Shown: positions 30,987-40,974 of the stretch, piece by piece
How positions within the stretch are numbered: the first letter of the stretch is position 1
Layout: the number at the start of each line of letters is the position of its first letter
DNA from: Pedosphaera sp.
GTDB taxonomy: Bacteria > Verrucomicrobiota > Verrucomicrobiia > Limisphaerales > SIBH01
Assembly (NCBI GenBank): GCA_031414955.1
Contig: JANOQV010000012.1
Span: forward strand, 34,750 to 98,749
Length of the DNA: 64,000 bases
Reading direction: 5' to 3'
Translations under genes and position numbers: made by a program
The notes under the pieces: model-generated
The model's input: the letters and a program-made list of their open reading frames with translations, nothing else
The model's database searches: none
Told to the model about the DNA's origin: nothing

Positions 30987-31120
30987 AACCGCGGATAAAC
31001 ACAGACGGACAAGGATGAAGAGCGGGCTATTTCGGCTTCCGCCGGTCACGAAATGACAATTGGTTCGCGGTGATCACAAGATGGCTCCTTATCCGTGTTT
31101 ATCGGTCTTCATCCGCGGTT
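30987..31120. repeat. Inverted repeat element with 9-nt-like internal periodicity
   Basis: AACCGCGGATAAACAC.. vs ..ATCCGTGTTTATC..ATCCGCGGTT. Confidence 0.55.
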
Positions 31121-31433
31121 GAAAGATTTTTTCAAAAAGGCCCGGCCCGTTGCGTGTTCATGCCAGTGCAGGCAGCCGCGCAAATTGTTTTCAGCCGCTC
31201 TGGTCCACCGCAGAGACGGGAAGAGCGCAGAGGTTTTCCGGCCGGCGATCTCGGTGTCCTTCTCGTCTCTGCGGTGCCAGAACGCGCCCGGCGAAGATTT
31301 TTTCAAAAAGGCCCGGCCCGTTGCGTATTGCTCTGTAGAGATGGACAGGATGTGCTATGACAGAACCCGAATTGCCCAGGTCATCCGGCGGCGTGGCGCG
31401 GCTGCGGATGACACCACGGCGGCTCCTTGGCGA

Positions 31434-34400
31434 ATGATTTTTTATATCACAGTTTGTGGTGATCCGAGGCGGCGGTGGCTGTTAACCCTGCTGCTTTTGT
31501 GCGCTGCGCTCCCTGGCCCGGCGACGCACGGCGCGGGTTCCTTGCTGTCGTGGGGTTTGAACAACGCCGGCCAGACCAATGTGCCGGCGGGCCTGACCAA
31601 TGTTGTGGCCGTGGCGGCGGGCCAGAACCACAGCCTGGCCTTGAGGGACGACGGCACCGTGGTGGCGTGGGGCAGCAATGCCACCGGCCAGACCAACCTT
31701 CCTCCGGGGCTGGATGGAGTGAGCGCCATGGCCTCCGGACTCTTCCACAACCTCGCCGTGCGCGCCGATGGCACTGTCGTGGCGTGGGGCCAGAACATCT
31801 ATGGCCAGACCAATGTCCCGGCCGGGCTGCAAAATGTCGTCGCGGTGGCGGCTGGCACCCGACATAGCCTGGCCTTGCGGGCGGATGGCACCGTCGCCGG
31901 CTGGGGCACGAATGAGGACGGCCAGATCACCATCCCGCCCAACCTCACCAACGCCCTGGCCATCGCCGCCGGGGCTTATCACAGCCTGGCGCTCCGCCGC
32001 GACGGCACCGTCGTGGCCTGGGGCCGGACGAACTACTTGCAGACGGCGGTCCCGGCCTCGGCCACGAACATCCTCGCCCTCGCCGCCGGCGGAGATCACT
32101 CCCTCGCCCTGCGCGCGGACGGCCAGGTGATCGCCTGGGGTTACAGCGTCTCCGGCCTGACCAACGTGCCGGTCGATCTCACCAATGCCGTGGGCGTTGC
32201 GGCGGGATACTATTTCAACAGCGCCCTGCGCGCGGATGGCCGAGTGGTGGCCTGGGGTGCCAACAACTCCGGCCAGACCAACGTGCCGCCGGGCATGACG
32301 AACGTGGTAGCGCTGGCCGCGGGTTACGGTCACGCCTTGGCTCTGCGCGATTCAGATTTTGTCGTGTCCTCTGCGCCAAGGATTCTAACCCAGCCGCACG
32401 CACGGACCATCTACAGCGGCACTACCGTCACGCTGGACGTGCTCGCCATCGCTCCCGATCCAATCGCCTATCAGTGGCAATTCGGGGAGACGAATCTGGC
32501 CGGGGCGACGAATGCGTCGCTCGTTTTGGAGAACGTGCAGTTCGCGCAGGCGGGACTGTATCGTGTGGTGGTCAGCAGCAGCGGTGGAGTTGCTGTGAGC
32601 ATCGACTCCTTGCTTTCGGTGGTTGGCGCCGGCCCGATCATCGTCAGCGGACCATCGAATGTGGTGACGCTTGCTGGTTCGACTGCGGAGTTCCACGTCA
32701 CTGCGGACGGATCAGAACCCTTCAGCTACCAATGGCAGTTCAATGGTGCGGACATCAGTGGGGCCACCAGCAGCAGTTTGTTTCTCTCGAATATCCAACT
32801 GGCTGACCAGGGCGGGTACCGCTGCGTCGTCAGCAACGCCTTCGGCGTCATCACCAGTTCGGCGGCGATCTTGATCGCACCGGCGCTCGTCATCGCGTCG
32901 CAGCCTCAAAGCCAGACTGTCTTGGCGCTGGCCAGCGTCACCTTCAGCATCGTCGCCGTTGGCTCTGGCCCCTTCACCTACCAGTGGCGGAGATCCGGCA
33001 TCAGCCTGACGGAGGGCGGCTGGATTCTGGGGGCGCAGACGGCCACGCTGACCTTGTCCAATGTTCTGCCCGCCGACGCGGGCAGTTACTCGGTGACGGT
33101 GCATAATGCCTTTGGCACCGCGTCCAGTTCCAACGCTTGGTTGGCGGTGGTGCCACTGGTGGCTTGGGGCACCAATTCATTCGGGCAAACCAGCATTCCA
33201 CTGAGTCTCACCAACGTGACGGCGGTGGCTGCGGGCGCCTATCATAATCTGGGGCTGAAGGCAGACGGGACAGTAGTCGCTTGGGGGCAGAACTCTTCCG
33301 GTCAGATCAATGTTCCACCGAGCTTATCCAATGTGGAGGCCGTCGCGGCAGGAGTCGCTTGGAGCCTGGCTCTGCGCGGCAATGGAACGGTGATGGCGTG
33401 GGGATCTGGTATTCAGACCAATGCTCCGTCCGCGCTGTCGAACGTGATCGCGATCGCGGCTGGCGGCTTTCATGGTCTGGCCTTGAAACAGAACGGCACC
33501 GTGGTGGCCTGGGGCCAGAACACCGAGGGCCAGACCAATGTGCCTCCCGGCCTGTCGAACGTGATTGCGATTGCGGCCGGACAATCCCATAGCCTGGCCT
33601 TGAAGGCGGACGGTCGGGTCGTCGCCTGGGGCTGGAACACCTGGGGCCAGACGAACGTGCCGCCGGGGCTTTCAAACGTGGTCGCGATTGCAGCGGGCAT
33701 GTTCTACAGCCTGGCCTTGAAAGACAACGGGACCGTGGCGGCCTGGGGTTCCAACTCCCTTCCCAGCGGATTAAGCAACGTCGTGGCCATCGCGGCAGGT
33801 GCGGCAGGTGCGCCCGATCACGGTCTCGCACTCACGGACGACGACACGTTGCTACGGTGGGGAAACACTTGCTGTGGCCTGACGAACATTCCGTCTGGCC
33901 TGACCGGCATCGCCGCTGTCGCGGCGGGTGCCAACCATGACCTGGCTCTCGTGTTTGGCTCATTGGCCGTGAACCCGATAACTCCTGGTGCCGTGGTGGC
34001 CTGGGGAAACAACAACTACGGCCAAACGACGGTGCCCGTGGCAGCGCAGAGCGGAGTGGTGGCCATTGCGGCGGGAGGTTCTGAATACGGTGGTCACACC
34101 GTGGCCTTGAAGACCGACGGCAGCGTGGTGGCGTGGGGAGAAAACGACTACGGCCAGACGACGGTGCCCGTGGCGGCGCAGAGCGGAGTGACGGCCATTG
34201 CGGCGGGAGCTGGTCACACTGTGGCCTTGAAGAACGACGGGAGCGTGCTGGCGTGGGGACGCAACTTCGAAGGCCAAACGAACGTGCCCGTGGCGGCACA
34301 GAGCGGAGTGACGGCCATTGCGGCGGGACGTGTTTATACCGTGGCCCTAAAGACCGACGGGAGCGTGGTGGCGTGGGGAAGCTACTACACGGTCCCCGGG

Positions 34401-37400
34401 GAAGCGCAGAGCGGGGTGATGGCCATTGCGGCAGGAAGGAACCACACTGTGGCCTTGAAGAATAATGGGAGCGTGGTGGCCTGGGGACGAAACTACGAAG
34501 GCCAGACGACCGTGCCCGGAGAAGCGCAGAGCGGCGTGACGGCGATTGCGGCCGGAGCTAATCACACCTTGGCCTTGAAGATCGGCGGGCGCGTACTGGG
34601 CTGGGGAGACGACGACAACGACCAATCGGATGTGCCCGGCGAGGCGCAAAGTGGAGTGGTGGCCATTGCGGCGGGAGGTTATCACAGTCTGGCTTTGAAG
34701 GCTGACGGTAGCGTGGTGGCCTGGGGAGAAAACGAGGACCCATGGGAACAACACTGGTACGGCCAGGCGACCGTGCCCGTGGCAGCGCAGAGTGGAGTGG
34801 AGGCCATCGCGGGGGGGAGCTACCACTCGGTCGCGCTCGTCATCCCCTCGGCCCCCAGCATCATTGCCCAACCCGTGAGCCAGGTGGCGAACGCCGGACA
34901 GAGCGCCACTTTCACCGTTACGGCCAGGGGTGCGCACAATTACTTCCAGTGGCGGAAGGATGGAACCAACCTCCCCGGGGCGGTGGGGGTCACCTTGCAC
35001 TTGAACAACGTCTGGTTCAGCGACGCGGGTTATTATACTGTGGTGGTGAGCAACTCCCTGGGCAGTGTGACGAGCGCGCCAGCAGCCGTGCTGACCGTGA
35101 ACGCCACCTCTCCCGGCGCAGTGATAGCGTGGGGATACAACGGCCGGGGCCAAACGACGGTGCCCGTGACGGCGCAGAGTGGAGTGATAGCAATTGCTGC
35201 GGGATATGGTCACACGGTGGCCTTGAAGAATGACGGAAGCGTGGTGGCATGGGCAGGGGACGGGTACGGCGAAGCGATCGTGCCTGTGGCCGCGCAGAGC
35301 GCGGTCAGGGCGATTGCGGCGGGACGATATCACACTGTGGCCCTGAAGAACGATGGGAGCGTGGTGGCGTGGGGAAGCTACTACACGGTCCCCGTGGCAG
35401 CGCAGAGCGGAGTGACGGCCATTGCGGCGGGAAGTTATCACGATGTTGCGCTGAAGAATGACGGGAGCGTGGTGGCGTGGGGGTGGAACGACTACGGCCA
35501 AACCATGGTGCCCATAGCGGCGCAAAGTGGAGTGATAGCAATTACTGCGGGATATGGTCACACCGTGGCCTTAAAAGACAACGGGAGCGTGGTGGCATGG
35601 GGAGACAATTGGTACGGCCAAACGACGGTGCCCGTGGTGGCGCAAAGTGGAGTGATAGCAATTGCTGCGGGATATGCTCACACCGTGGCCTTAAAAAACG
35701 ACGGAAGCGTCGTGGCGTGGGGATACAACTACTCCGGCCAGACGACCGTGCCCGTGGTGGCGCAGAGCGGGGTAGTCGCTATTGCGGCGGGAGATTGGCA
35801 CACCGTGGCCTTGAAGAACGACGGGAGCGTGCTGGCCTGGGGCCGAAACGACTACGGCCAAACGACGGTGCCTGTCGCAGCTCAGAGCGGGGTGATAGCC
35901 ATTGCGGGCGGAGGTTTTCACACCGTGGCACTGCTGGGGGATGGAAGACCGATCCTGACCTCTCATTTGGTGAATCAAACTGCTTTCCTTGGCGAAACCG
36001 TCCGCCTGGCCGCGATGGTCGTGGGCAACGGGCCGATGTTCTATCAGTGGCGCTTCAACGGACTGGACATCGCCGGAGGGACCAATGCCCTGTTCGAGAT
36101 CCTCAACGTGCAAACCAACCAGGCGGGGGCTTACACATTCGTCGCGAGCAATGCGCTGGGTTGGGTGACGGGCGCGGTGGCACAAGTGACAGTTCTCGTT
36201 CCGGCGCACGTTGATCCCCTGCCGCCGAGCACCACGGTCTTGCTCGGCTCCAATGTGACGTTCTCTGCGAACGCCTCGGGCACGCCGCCGCTGATCTATC
36301 AGTGGCGCAAGAATGGCGCGAACATTCCCGGCGCTACGAACGCCACCTTCACCCTCACCAACGTGCAGGTCATTGATGGCGGTGCCTACACGGTGGTGGT
36401 GCAGAACAATTACGGCGTTGCCACCAGCGATCCAACGCTGCTCATCGTCGAGGTGCCGCCACAAGCACCGGGAGATAATTTCGCCAATCGTGCCACGATC
36501 ATGAACACGGTTGGAGTCATCGGCGGCACGAACCGCTTCGCGACGAAGGAAACGGGCGAACCGCATCACGGCGGCAAGGCGGGCAGCAATTCTGTTTGGT
36601 ACACCTGGACCGCGCCGGCCACGGGCATCGCCACGTTCCGCACCCAAGGCAGCGTGTTCGACACTTTGCTCGGCATCTACACCGGCGGCACGGTGTCCAA
36701 TCTCACCACCATCGCCAGCGACGAAGACCTCGGCGGCTTCTTCACCAGCGAGGTGCAGTTCAATGCGCTGGCCGGAACGAGCTACCACATCGCGGTCGAT
36801 GGCTTTGCCGGCGGCTCAGGCGAGTTCATCCTGGGCTGGGACCTGGAGATCACGAGCGACACCTTGCCGGTGATCACCAATCAGCCAATCAGCCGTGCCG
36901 TGTTGATCGGTTCCGACGTGACGTTCAACGTGTCTGCTACGGGAACCGGCCTGACCTACCAATGGTTCTTCAATGACTCCGCGCTCCCCGGCGCGACCAA
37001 CACAGCCCTCACCCGCAGCAGCGTGCAAGCGGCGGATGTCGGATATTACACCGTGCGCGTGCGCAACAGCGTGGGACGTGAAGTGGACAGTCTGGCCGCG
37101 GCCCTGGAACTGGTGAGCGAGTTGCGGCCGCTTTCGCAGGACAAGCTGGAGGATCTGTTGTCACCGCCGCCAGCCCCGGACGGTCGCCCGCCCAAGGAGG
37201 GAGGCTCGTCCTTCACCGTGTCGCTCGGCACGATCGATTACCAGATCGTGAGCAATGTGCGTTCGACGACCCAGCCGTTGGAACCAACTCCGTGCGACGT
37301 GATCGGCGGGGCCAGCCAGTGGATCGTGTTGCGCGGGACGAGCAATGGCATGTTCCGCATCGACACCCTCGGCAGCAGCATCAACACGGTGCTGACGGTG

Positions 37401-38066
37401 TACCGCTACACCAACCTGCTCTACCTCCACACCGCGCAGGTGGCCTGCGACGACAACGGCGCGCCGGACGGAGTGCGCAGCCTGCTCTGGTTCAACGCCA
37501 CGGCCAACACGGACTATCTCGTGGTGGTGGACGGAGTGAACTACGAGCGCGGCACGATCCATATCAACTGGGCCTTCGGCCTGCCGCCCTCGGCCGGCAC
37601 GAACAGCCTGGCACCGCAGCACACGTTTCTGCGCGGTGAGAGCCTGACCTTGCGATCACCGGCGACCAACGGCCTTCCCCCGCCGCGTTTCCAGTGGCTT
37701 TGGAACGGCAGCCCGCTGGCTGGGGCGACCAATGCCTCGCTCACCCTGACCAACCTGCAACCGGCCCAGGTCGGTTTCTACACTGTGGTAGTCAGCAATG
37801 CCCTGGGCACGCTGACCTACGCGACCGACCTCGGCGTGGAAGTGCCCACCTTCCAGGCCGAACTCACGCGGACCAACAAGACGCTGCGGCTCTGGCTGCC
37901 CACCGTGACCAATCAAACCACCGTGGTGGAAACCTCCACCAACCTGCTGAACTGGACGCCGGTTTACTTCTACGCGCCGCCCCAGAACAACTACTTCGAC
38001 CTCTCCATCACCAACGCCGCCCAGCAGTTCTTCCGCACCCGCTCGATCACCAGCCCGCCTTATTAG
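31434..38066 (+). CDS. Secreted RCC1-repeat (4 propellers) / Ig-like domain surface protein, paralog of 25242-29450
   Basis: Signal peptide; four blocks of about 7 RCC1 repeats; Ig domains between most blocks; C-terminal about 700 aa closely similar to paralog; alternative start ATG 31341. Confidence 0.9.
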   Translation: MIFYITVCGDPRRRWLLTLLLLCAALPGPATHGAGSLLSWGLNNAGQTNVPAGLTNVVAVAAGQNHSLALRDDGTVVAWGSNATGQTNLPPGLDGVSAMASGLFHNLAVRADGTVVAWGQNIYGQTNVPAGLQNVVAVAAGTRHSLALRADGTVAGWGTNEDGQITIPPNLTNALAIAAGAYHSLALRRDGTVVAWGRTNYLQTAVPASATNILALAAGGDHSLALRADGQVIAWGYSVSGLTNVPVDLTNAVGVAAGYYFNSALRADGRVVAWGANNSGQTNVPPGMTNVVALAAGYGHALALRDSDFVVSSAPRILTQPHARTIYSGTTVTLDVLAIAPDPIAYQWQFGETNLAGATNASLVLENVQFAQAGLYRVVVSSSGGVAVSIDSLLSVVGAGPIIVSGPSNVVTLAGSTAEFHVTADGSEPFSYQWQFNGADISGATSSSLFLSNIQLADQGGYRCVVSNAFGVITSSAAILIAPALVIASQPQSQTVLALASVTFSIVAVGSGPFTYQWRRSGISLTEGGWILGAQTATLTLSNVLPADAGSYSVTVHNAFGTASSSNAWLAVVPLVAWGTNSFGQTSIPLSLTNVTAVAAGAYHNLGLKADGTVVAWGQNSSGQINVPPSLSNVEAVAAGVAWSLALRGNGTVMAWGSGIQTNAPSALSNVIAIAAGGFHGLALKQNGTVVAWGQNTEGQTNVPPGLSNVIAIAAGQSHSLALKADGRVVAWGWNTWGQTNVPPGLSNVVAIAAGMFYSLALKDNGTVAAWGSNSLPSGLSNVVAIAAGAAGAPDHGLALTDDDTLLRWGNTCCGLTNIPSGLTGIAAVAAGANHDLALVFGSLAVNPITPGAVVAWGNNNYGQTTVPVAAQSGVVAIAAGGSEYGGHTVALKTDGSVVAWGENDYGQTTVPVAAQSGVTAIAAGAGHTVALKNDGSVLAWGRNFEGQTNVPVAAQSGVTAIAAGRVYTVALKTDGSVVAWGSYYTVPGEAQSGVMAIAAGRNHTVALKNNGSVVAWGRNYEGQTTVPGEAQSGVTAIAAGANHTLALKIGGRVLGWGDDDNDQSDVPGEAQSGVVAIAAGGYHSLALKADGSVVAWGENEDPWEQHWYGQATVPVAAQSGVEAIAGGSYHSVALVIPSAPSIIAQPVSQVANAGQSATFTVTARGAHNYFQWRKDGTNLPGAVGVTLHLNNVWFSDAGYYTVVVSNSLGSVTSAPAAVLTVNATSPGAVIAWGYNGRGQTTVPVTAQSGVIAIAAGYGHTVALKNDGSVVAWAGDGYGEAIVPVAAQSAVRAIAAGRYHTVALKNDGSVVAWGSYYTVPVAAQSGVTAIAAGSYHDVALKNDGSVVAWGWNDYGQTMVPIAAQSGVIAITAGYGHTVALKDNGSVVAWGDNWYGQTTVPVVAQSGVIAIAAGYAHTVALKNDGSVVAWGYNYSGQTTVPVVAQSGVVAIAAGDWHTVALKNDGSVLAWGRNDYGQTTVPVAAQSGVIAIAGGGFHTVALLGDGRPILTSHLVNQTAFLGETVRLAAMVVGNGPMFYQWRFNGLDIAGGTNALFEILNVQTNQAGAYTFVASNALGWVTGAVAQVTVLVPAHVDPLPPSTTVLLGSNVTFSANASGTPPLIYQWRKNGANIPGATNATFTLTNVQVIDGGAYTVVVQNNYGVATSDPTLLIVEVPPQAPGDNFANRATIMNTVGVIGGTNRFATKETGEPHHGGKAGSNSVWYTWTAPATGIATFRTQGSVFDTLLGIYTGGTVSNLTTIASDEDLGGFFTSEVQFNALAGTSYHIAVDGFAGGSGEFILGWDLEITSDTLPVITNQPISRAVLIGSDVTFNVSATGTGLTYQWFFNDSALPGATNTALTRSSVQAADVGYYTVRVRNSVGREVDSLAAALELVSELRPLSQDKLEDLLSPPPAPDGRPPKEGGSSFTVSLGTIDYQIVSNVRSTTQPLEPTPCDVIGGASQWIVLRGTSNGMFRIDTLGSSINTVLTVYRYTNLLYLHTAQVACDDNGAPDGVRSLLWFNATANTDYLVVVDGVNYERGTIHINWAFGLPPSAGTNSLAPQHTFLRGESLTLRSPATNGLPPPRFQWLWNGSPLAGATNASLTLTNLQPAQVGFYTVVVSNALGTLTYATDLGVEVPTFQAELTRTNKTLRLWLPTVTNQTTVVETSTNLLNWTPVYFYAPPQNNYFDLSITNAAQQFFRTRSITSPPY

Positions 38067-38180
38067 TCTTGCGTTCCCTTCCCGCCGCGGAAGCCGTGTT
38101 CATGCTGTTGGAATTTCAACGCCAAGACGCTGGGGAAAACTGACTGATGGGGGATGGGTTCCAGCAGCGACGGCAAAAAT

Positions 38181-38295
38181 CCCGGAGTGCGCCCGTCCTC
38201 GGGCGCAGCAATGCTCGCAGGGTGGCAAAGTCTCGAAAACCTGGCTTCTTTCCGCGCGAGGACATCGCTGCGCCCGAGGACGGGCGCACTCCGGG
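38181..38295. repeat. Palindromic REP-like element, same family as 10316-10425
   Basis: Perfect 29-bp inverted repeat CCCGGAGTGCGCCCGTCCTCGGGCGCAGC. Confidence 0.85.
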
Positions 38296-38515
38296 TGAGT
38301 TCTGCAATCGCGTCTCCAACTTTCCATTTCCGCCTGGCGTCTTCGCGGCTTTGCGCCTTGGCGTTAAACAACTTGGCCCTCAACCGCATGGATACGGTCC
38401 AGAGCCGAAACTCGAGCAAAAGATATTTTCAAATAACGCCTCCCTCCTGCGTATCCCTCAGTGGCCGGACATTCAACCAGACCGGCCTGTGGAAAATTTG
38501 AAAGACGATGTCGCT

Positions 38516-38959
38516 ATGCCAAAACTGATATTCATCGGTGAACATTTCGCCGGCCGGGTTTACGAACTCACGCTGGAAAAAACCACGGTGGGCCGGGGCG
38601 ATGGCAACATTCTCGCCATTCACGAACCATCGGTCTCGCTCGCGCACTGCGAGATTCTGGTGCATGGCCCGGAGGTGATTGTGCGGGATCTCGGCTCCTC
38701 CAACGGCACCTTCGTCAACCGGGTGCGCCTCGAACACCGCCAGGCCCAGCTCAAATCCGGGCAAGTGGTGCGGTTCGGTTCGGTCGAGGCACGCTTGGAG
38801 TTGGATCCGGCCGACGATGAGTACGGGGCGTCCGAAATCACCGCCGTCCACGAACACGCGCGACTGCTGCGCGACCAGCGGCGCGAGCAGAGCCATCCCA
38901 AGGCCGCGGACCCTACCATGACACTCGCCGACGGCGCGACTGGCGCGGGAGGCTCCTGA
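38516..38959 (+). CDS. FHA domain protein
   Basis: TVGR...N, SVSLAHC, VRDLGSSNGTFVN, L..G..VRFG. Confidence 0.9.
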   Translation: MPKLIFIGEHFAGRVYELTLEKTTVGRGDGNILAIHEPSVSLAHCEILVHGPEVIVRDLGSSNGTFVNRVRLEHRQAQLKSGQVVRFGSVEARLELDPADDEYGASEITAVHEHARLLRDQRREQSHPKAADPTMTLADGATGAGGS

Positions 38960-39038
38960 CGGATTACTGTTTCACAGATCACTTTCCCCTACTCCGCGCT
39001 TCCGTTCCAACAGGGTTTGCCCTAGAACCGCCGCACCT

Positions 39039-40445
39039 ATGAAACATTGCCTCGCCCTTTCGACGTCCCTGGCGTTCCTCACTTTATTTTCAACGCTGGC
39101 CCAGGCTGCGGCGGCGCTCCTGCCGCCCAAGTCGGCGGATGCGTATTTCGAGAAGTTCAATCCCAAGCCCGCGCCCCAGCCCGCTGGACTGATGCTGAAG
39201 AAGGGCGACCGGCTGGCCGTCATCGGCGATTCCATCACCGAGCAGAAAATGTATTCGCGCGTCATGGAAACTTATCTGACCGTCTGCGTGCCCGAACTGG
39301 ATGTCACCGTCCGCCAGTACGGCTGGGGTGGCGAAACCGCGCCCGGCTTCCTGCGCCGCATGACTAATGACTGCCTGCGCTTCAACCCCACCATCGCCAC
39401 CACCTGTTACGGCATGAATGATCACGGCTACCGTCCTTATGAAGCCTCCATCGGCGACCGCTACCGCAAGGCGTCCACCGCCATCGTCCAGTCCTTCAAG
39501 GCCGCCGGGACGGGGGTCATCCAGGGTTCGCCTGGCTGCGTCGGCACCAAGAACCAGCCCGGCTGGGACGCGGCGGGCGTCGAGTCCAAGAACCTCAATC
39601 TCGCCACGCTGCGCGACATCGGCATCGAGATCGCCGGAGCCGAGCAGGTCGGTTTCGCGGACGTGTTCTGGCCGATGCTGAACGCGGGCTTTGAGGCGCG
39701 GAATCGTTACAGCACCAACTACAACATTGCCGGCGGCGACGGCGTGCATCCGGGCTGGGCCGGCAGCTTCTCGATGGCCTACGCGTTCCTCAAGTCCTTC
39801 GGCCTCGACGGCGAGATCGGGACGATCAACGTCGATCTGAAATCAAATAAGGCCAGCGCCTCGAAGGGACACGATGTGCTCTCCGCCCAGGCCGGCGCGG
39901 TCGAGATCAAGAGCAGCCGCTATCCGTTCTGTGCCACGGGCGAATTGAACAAGGACAACAACATCCGCTCCGCCATGACGCTTCTGCCCTTCAACCAGGA
40001 ATTGAATCGCCTCACCCTCGTGGCCAAGAACGGCACGGCGCAGAATTACAAAGTGACGTGGGGCACGGAATCGAAGAGCTATTCCGCCGCGCAACTCGCG
40101 CAGGGCGTCAACCTCGCGGCGGACTTCGCGGTCAATCCTTTCTCTGATGCCTTCAAGAAAGTCGATGCCGCGGTCATCGCCAAGCAGAACTACGAGACCA
40201 AACAGATCAAGCAGCTCTTCCACGACCTGCCCGCCGGCAAATACAGCACCAAGGAAGACCGCTGCAAGCCGCTCGAAACGGTCAAGGACGCCGAGGTGCT
40301 CAAGCTTTTCGCCGCCTGCCAGGACGGCAAGTTCAACGCCGACACCATCGCCGCCGAGACCGAGAAGGTCCGCGCCCCTCTGGCCGCGGCCATCAAGACG
40401 GCGTTCGTGCCGGTGACGCACACCATCAAGATCGAGGCGGAGTAA
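39039..40445 (+). CDS. Secreted SGNH/GDSL hydrolase
   Basis: Signal peptide; GDSIT, GWGGET, YGMND, DGVHP blocks. Confidence 0.9.
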   Translation: MKHCLALSTSLAFLTLFSTLAQAAAALLPPKSADAYFEKFNPKPAPQPAGLMLKKGDRLAVIGDSITEQKMYSRVMETYLTVCVPELDVTVRQYGWGGETAPGFLRRMTNDCLRFNPTIATTCYGMNDHGYRPYEASIGDRYRKASTAIVQSFKAAGTGVIQGSPGCVGTKNQPGWDAAGVESKNLNLATLRDIGIEIAGAEQVGFADVFWPMLNAGFEARNRYSTNYNIAGGDGVHPGWAGSFSMAYAFLKSFGLDGEIGTINVDLKSNKASASKGHDVLSAQAGAVEIKSSRYPFCATGELNKDNNIRSAMTLLPFNQELNRLTLVAKNGTAQNYKVTWGTESKSYSAAQLAQGVNLAADFAVNPFSDAFKKVDAAVIAKQNYETKQIKQLFHDLPAGKYSTKEDRCKPLETVKDAEVLKLFAACQDGKFNADTIAAETEKVRAPLAAAIKTAFVPVTHTIKIEAE

Positions 40446-40686
40446 CGGAGACGAGGCGGTGGCGGGCCATGCCTCCGCCCGCAAACGGTGATCTGGTTCG
40501 TGCCTGTAGATCCTTCCGGCGTGCCGGCGAACGGGTCGGTGTCCAGATTCGGGTGCGCTCCGGCCGGCACGCCCGGAGGGAGACTGATGGAGGGGCATCG
40601 ATACCTAGAACCCTGACGATAAAGCTCAACATCCGGCCGATGGTAATAGACCTACCGGTCGATGGAATTGGGGGGGATTGTTGAAT

Positions 40687-40760
40687 TGGAGCGGGCGAAG
40701 GGAATCGAACCCTCGTGGCCAGTTTGGAAGACTGGAGCTCTACCATTGAGCTACGCCCGC
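40687..40760 (-). tRNA. tRNA-Gly (anticodon TCC)
   Basis: GCGGGCGTAGCTCAATGGTAGAGC..CCAGT-CTTCCAA-ACTGG..GGTTCGATTCC..CGCCCGCTCCA cloverleaf with CCA. Confidence 0.97.
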
Positions 40761-40773
40761 CCAAGTGCGCCGC

Positions 40774-40801
40774 AGTCTAGCCGCGAACCCCGTCTTGTCA
40801 A
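40774..40801 (-). promoter_or_regulatory. Sigma70-type promoter of tRNA-Gly
   Basis: TTGACA-N16-TAGACT on minus strand, 13 nt upstream of tRNA. Confidence 0.7.
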
Positions 40802-40974
40802 CGCGGCGAGGTGGGTGCGGTGAAGTGAGTGGAAAGAGCGTATCCGACACACGCCTGACTGGCCGCATATCCCTTCCGCTCCGAGACCCGCCACCGCCCG
40901 TCGCACCGGGAACGCGGTCGCGTCCAGGTCACAATCACGTTGCACGGCGCGGCGGTTCGCGGCTTACTGGCTGC

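Noticed and set aside
31095..31340. N-terminal extension of the 2323-aa ORF
   Set aside because: Runs through duplicated promoter/repeat sequence; the signal peptide lies after 31434.
25400..35935. Regular repeat plus variable spacer pattern suggesting CRISPR
   Set aside because: Units are in-frame coding RCC1 repeats with synonymous variation; no cas genes.
25242..38066. Complete diversity-generating retroelement
   Set aside because: No reverse transcriptase or template repeat in the window; several variable codons (TGG, GAA, CGA) and indels do not fit pure AAC mutagenesis.
40446..40760. Integrative island at tRNA-Gly
   Set aside because: No integrase and no duplicated tRNA 3' end noticed.
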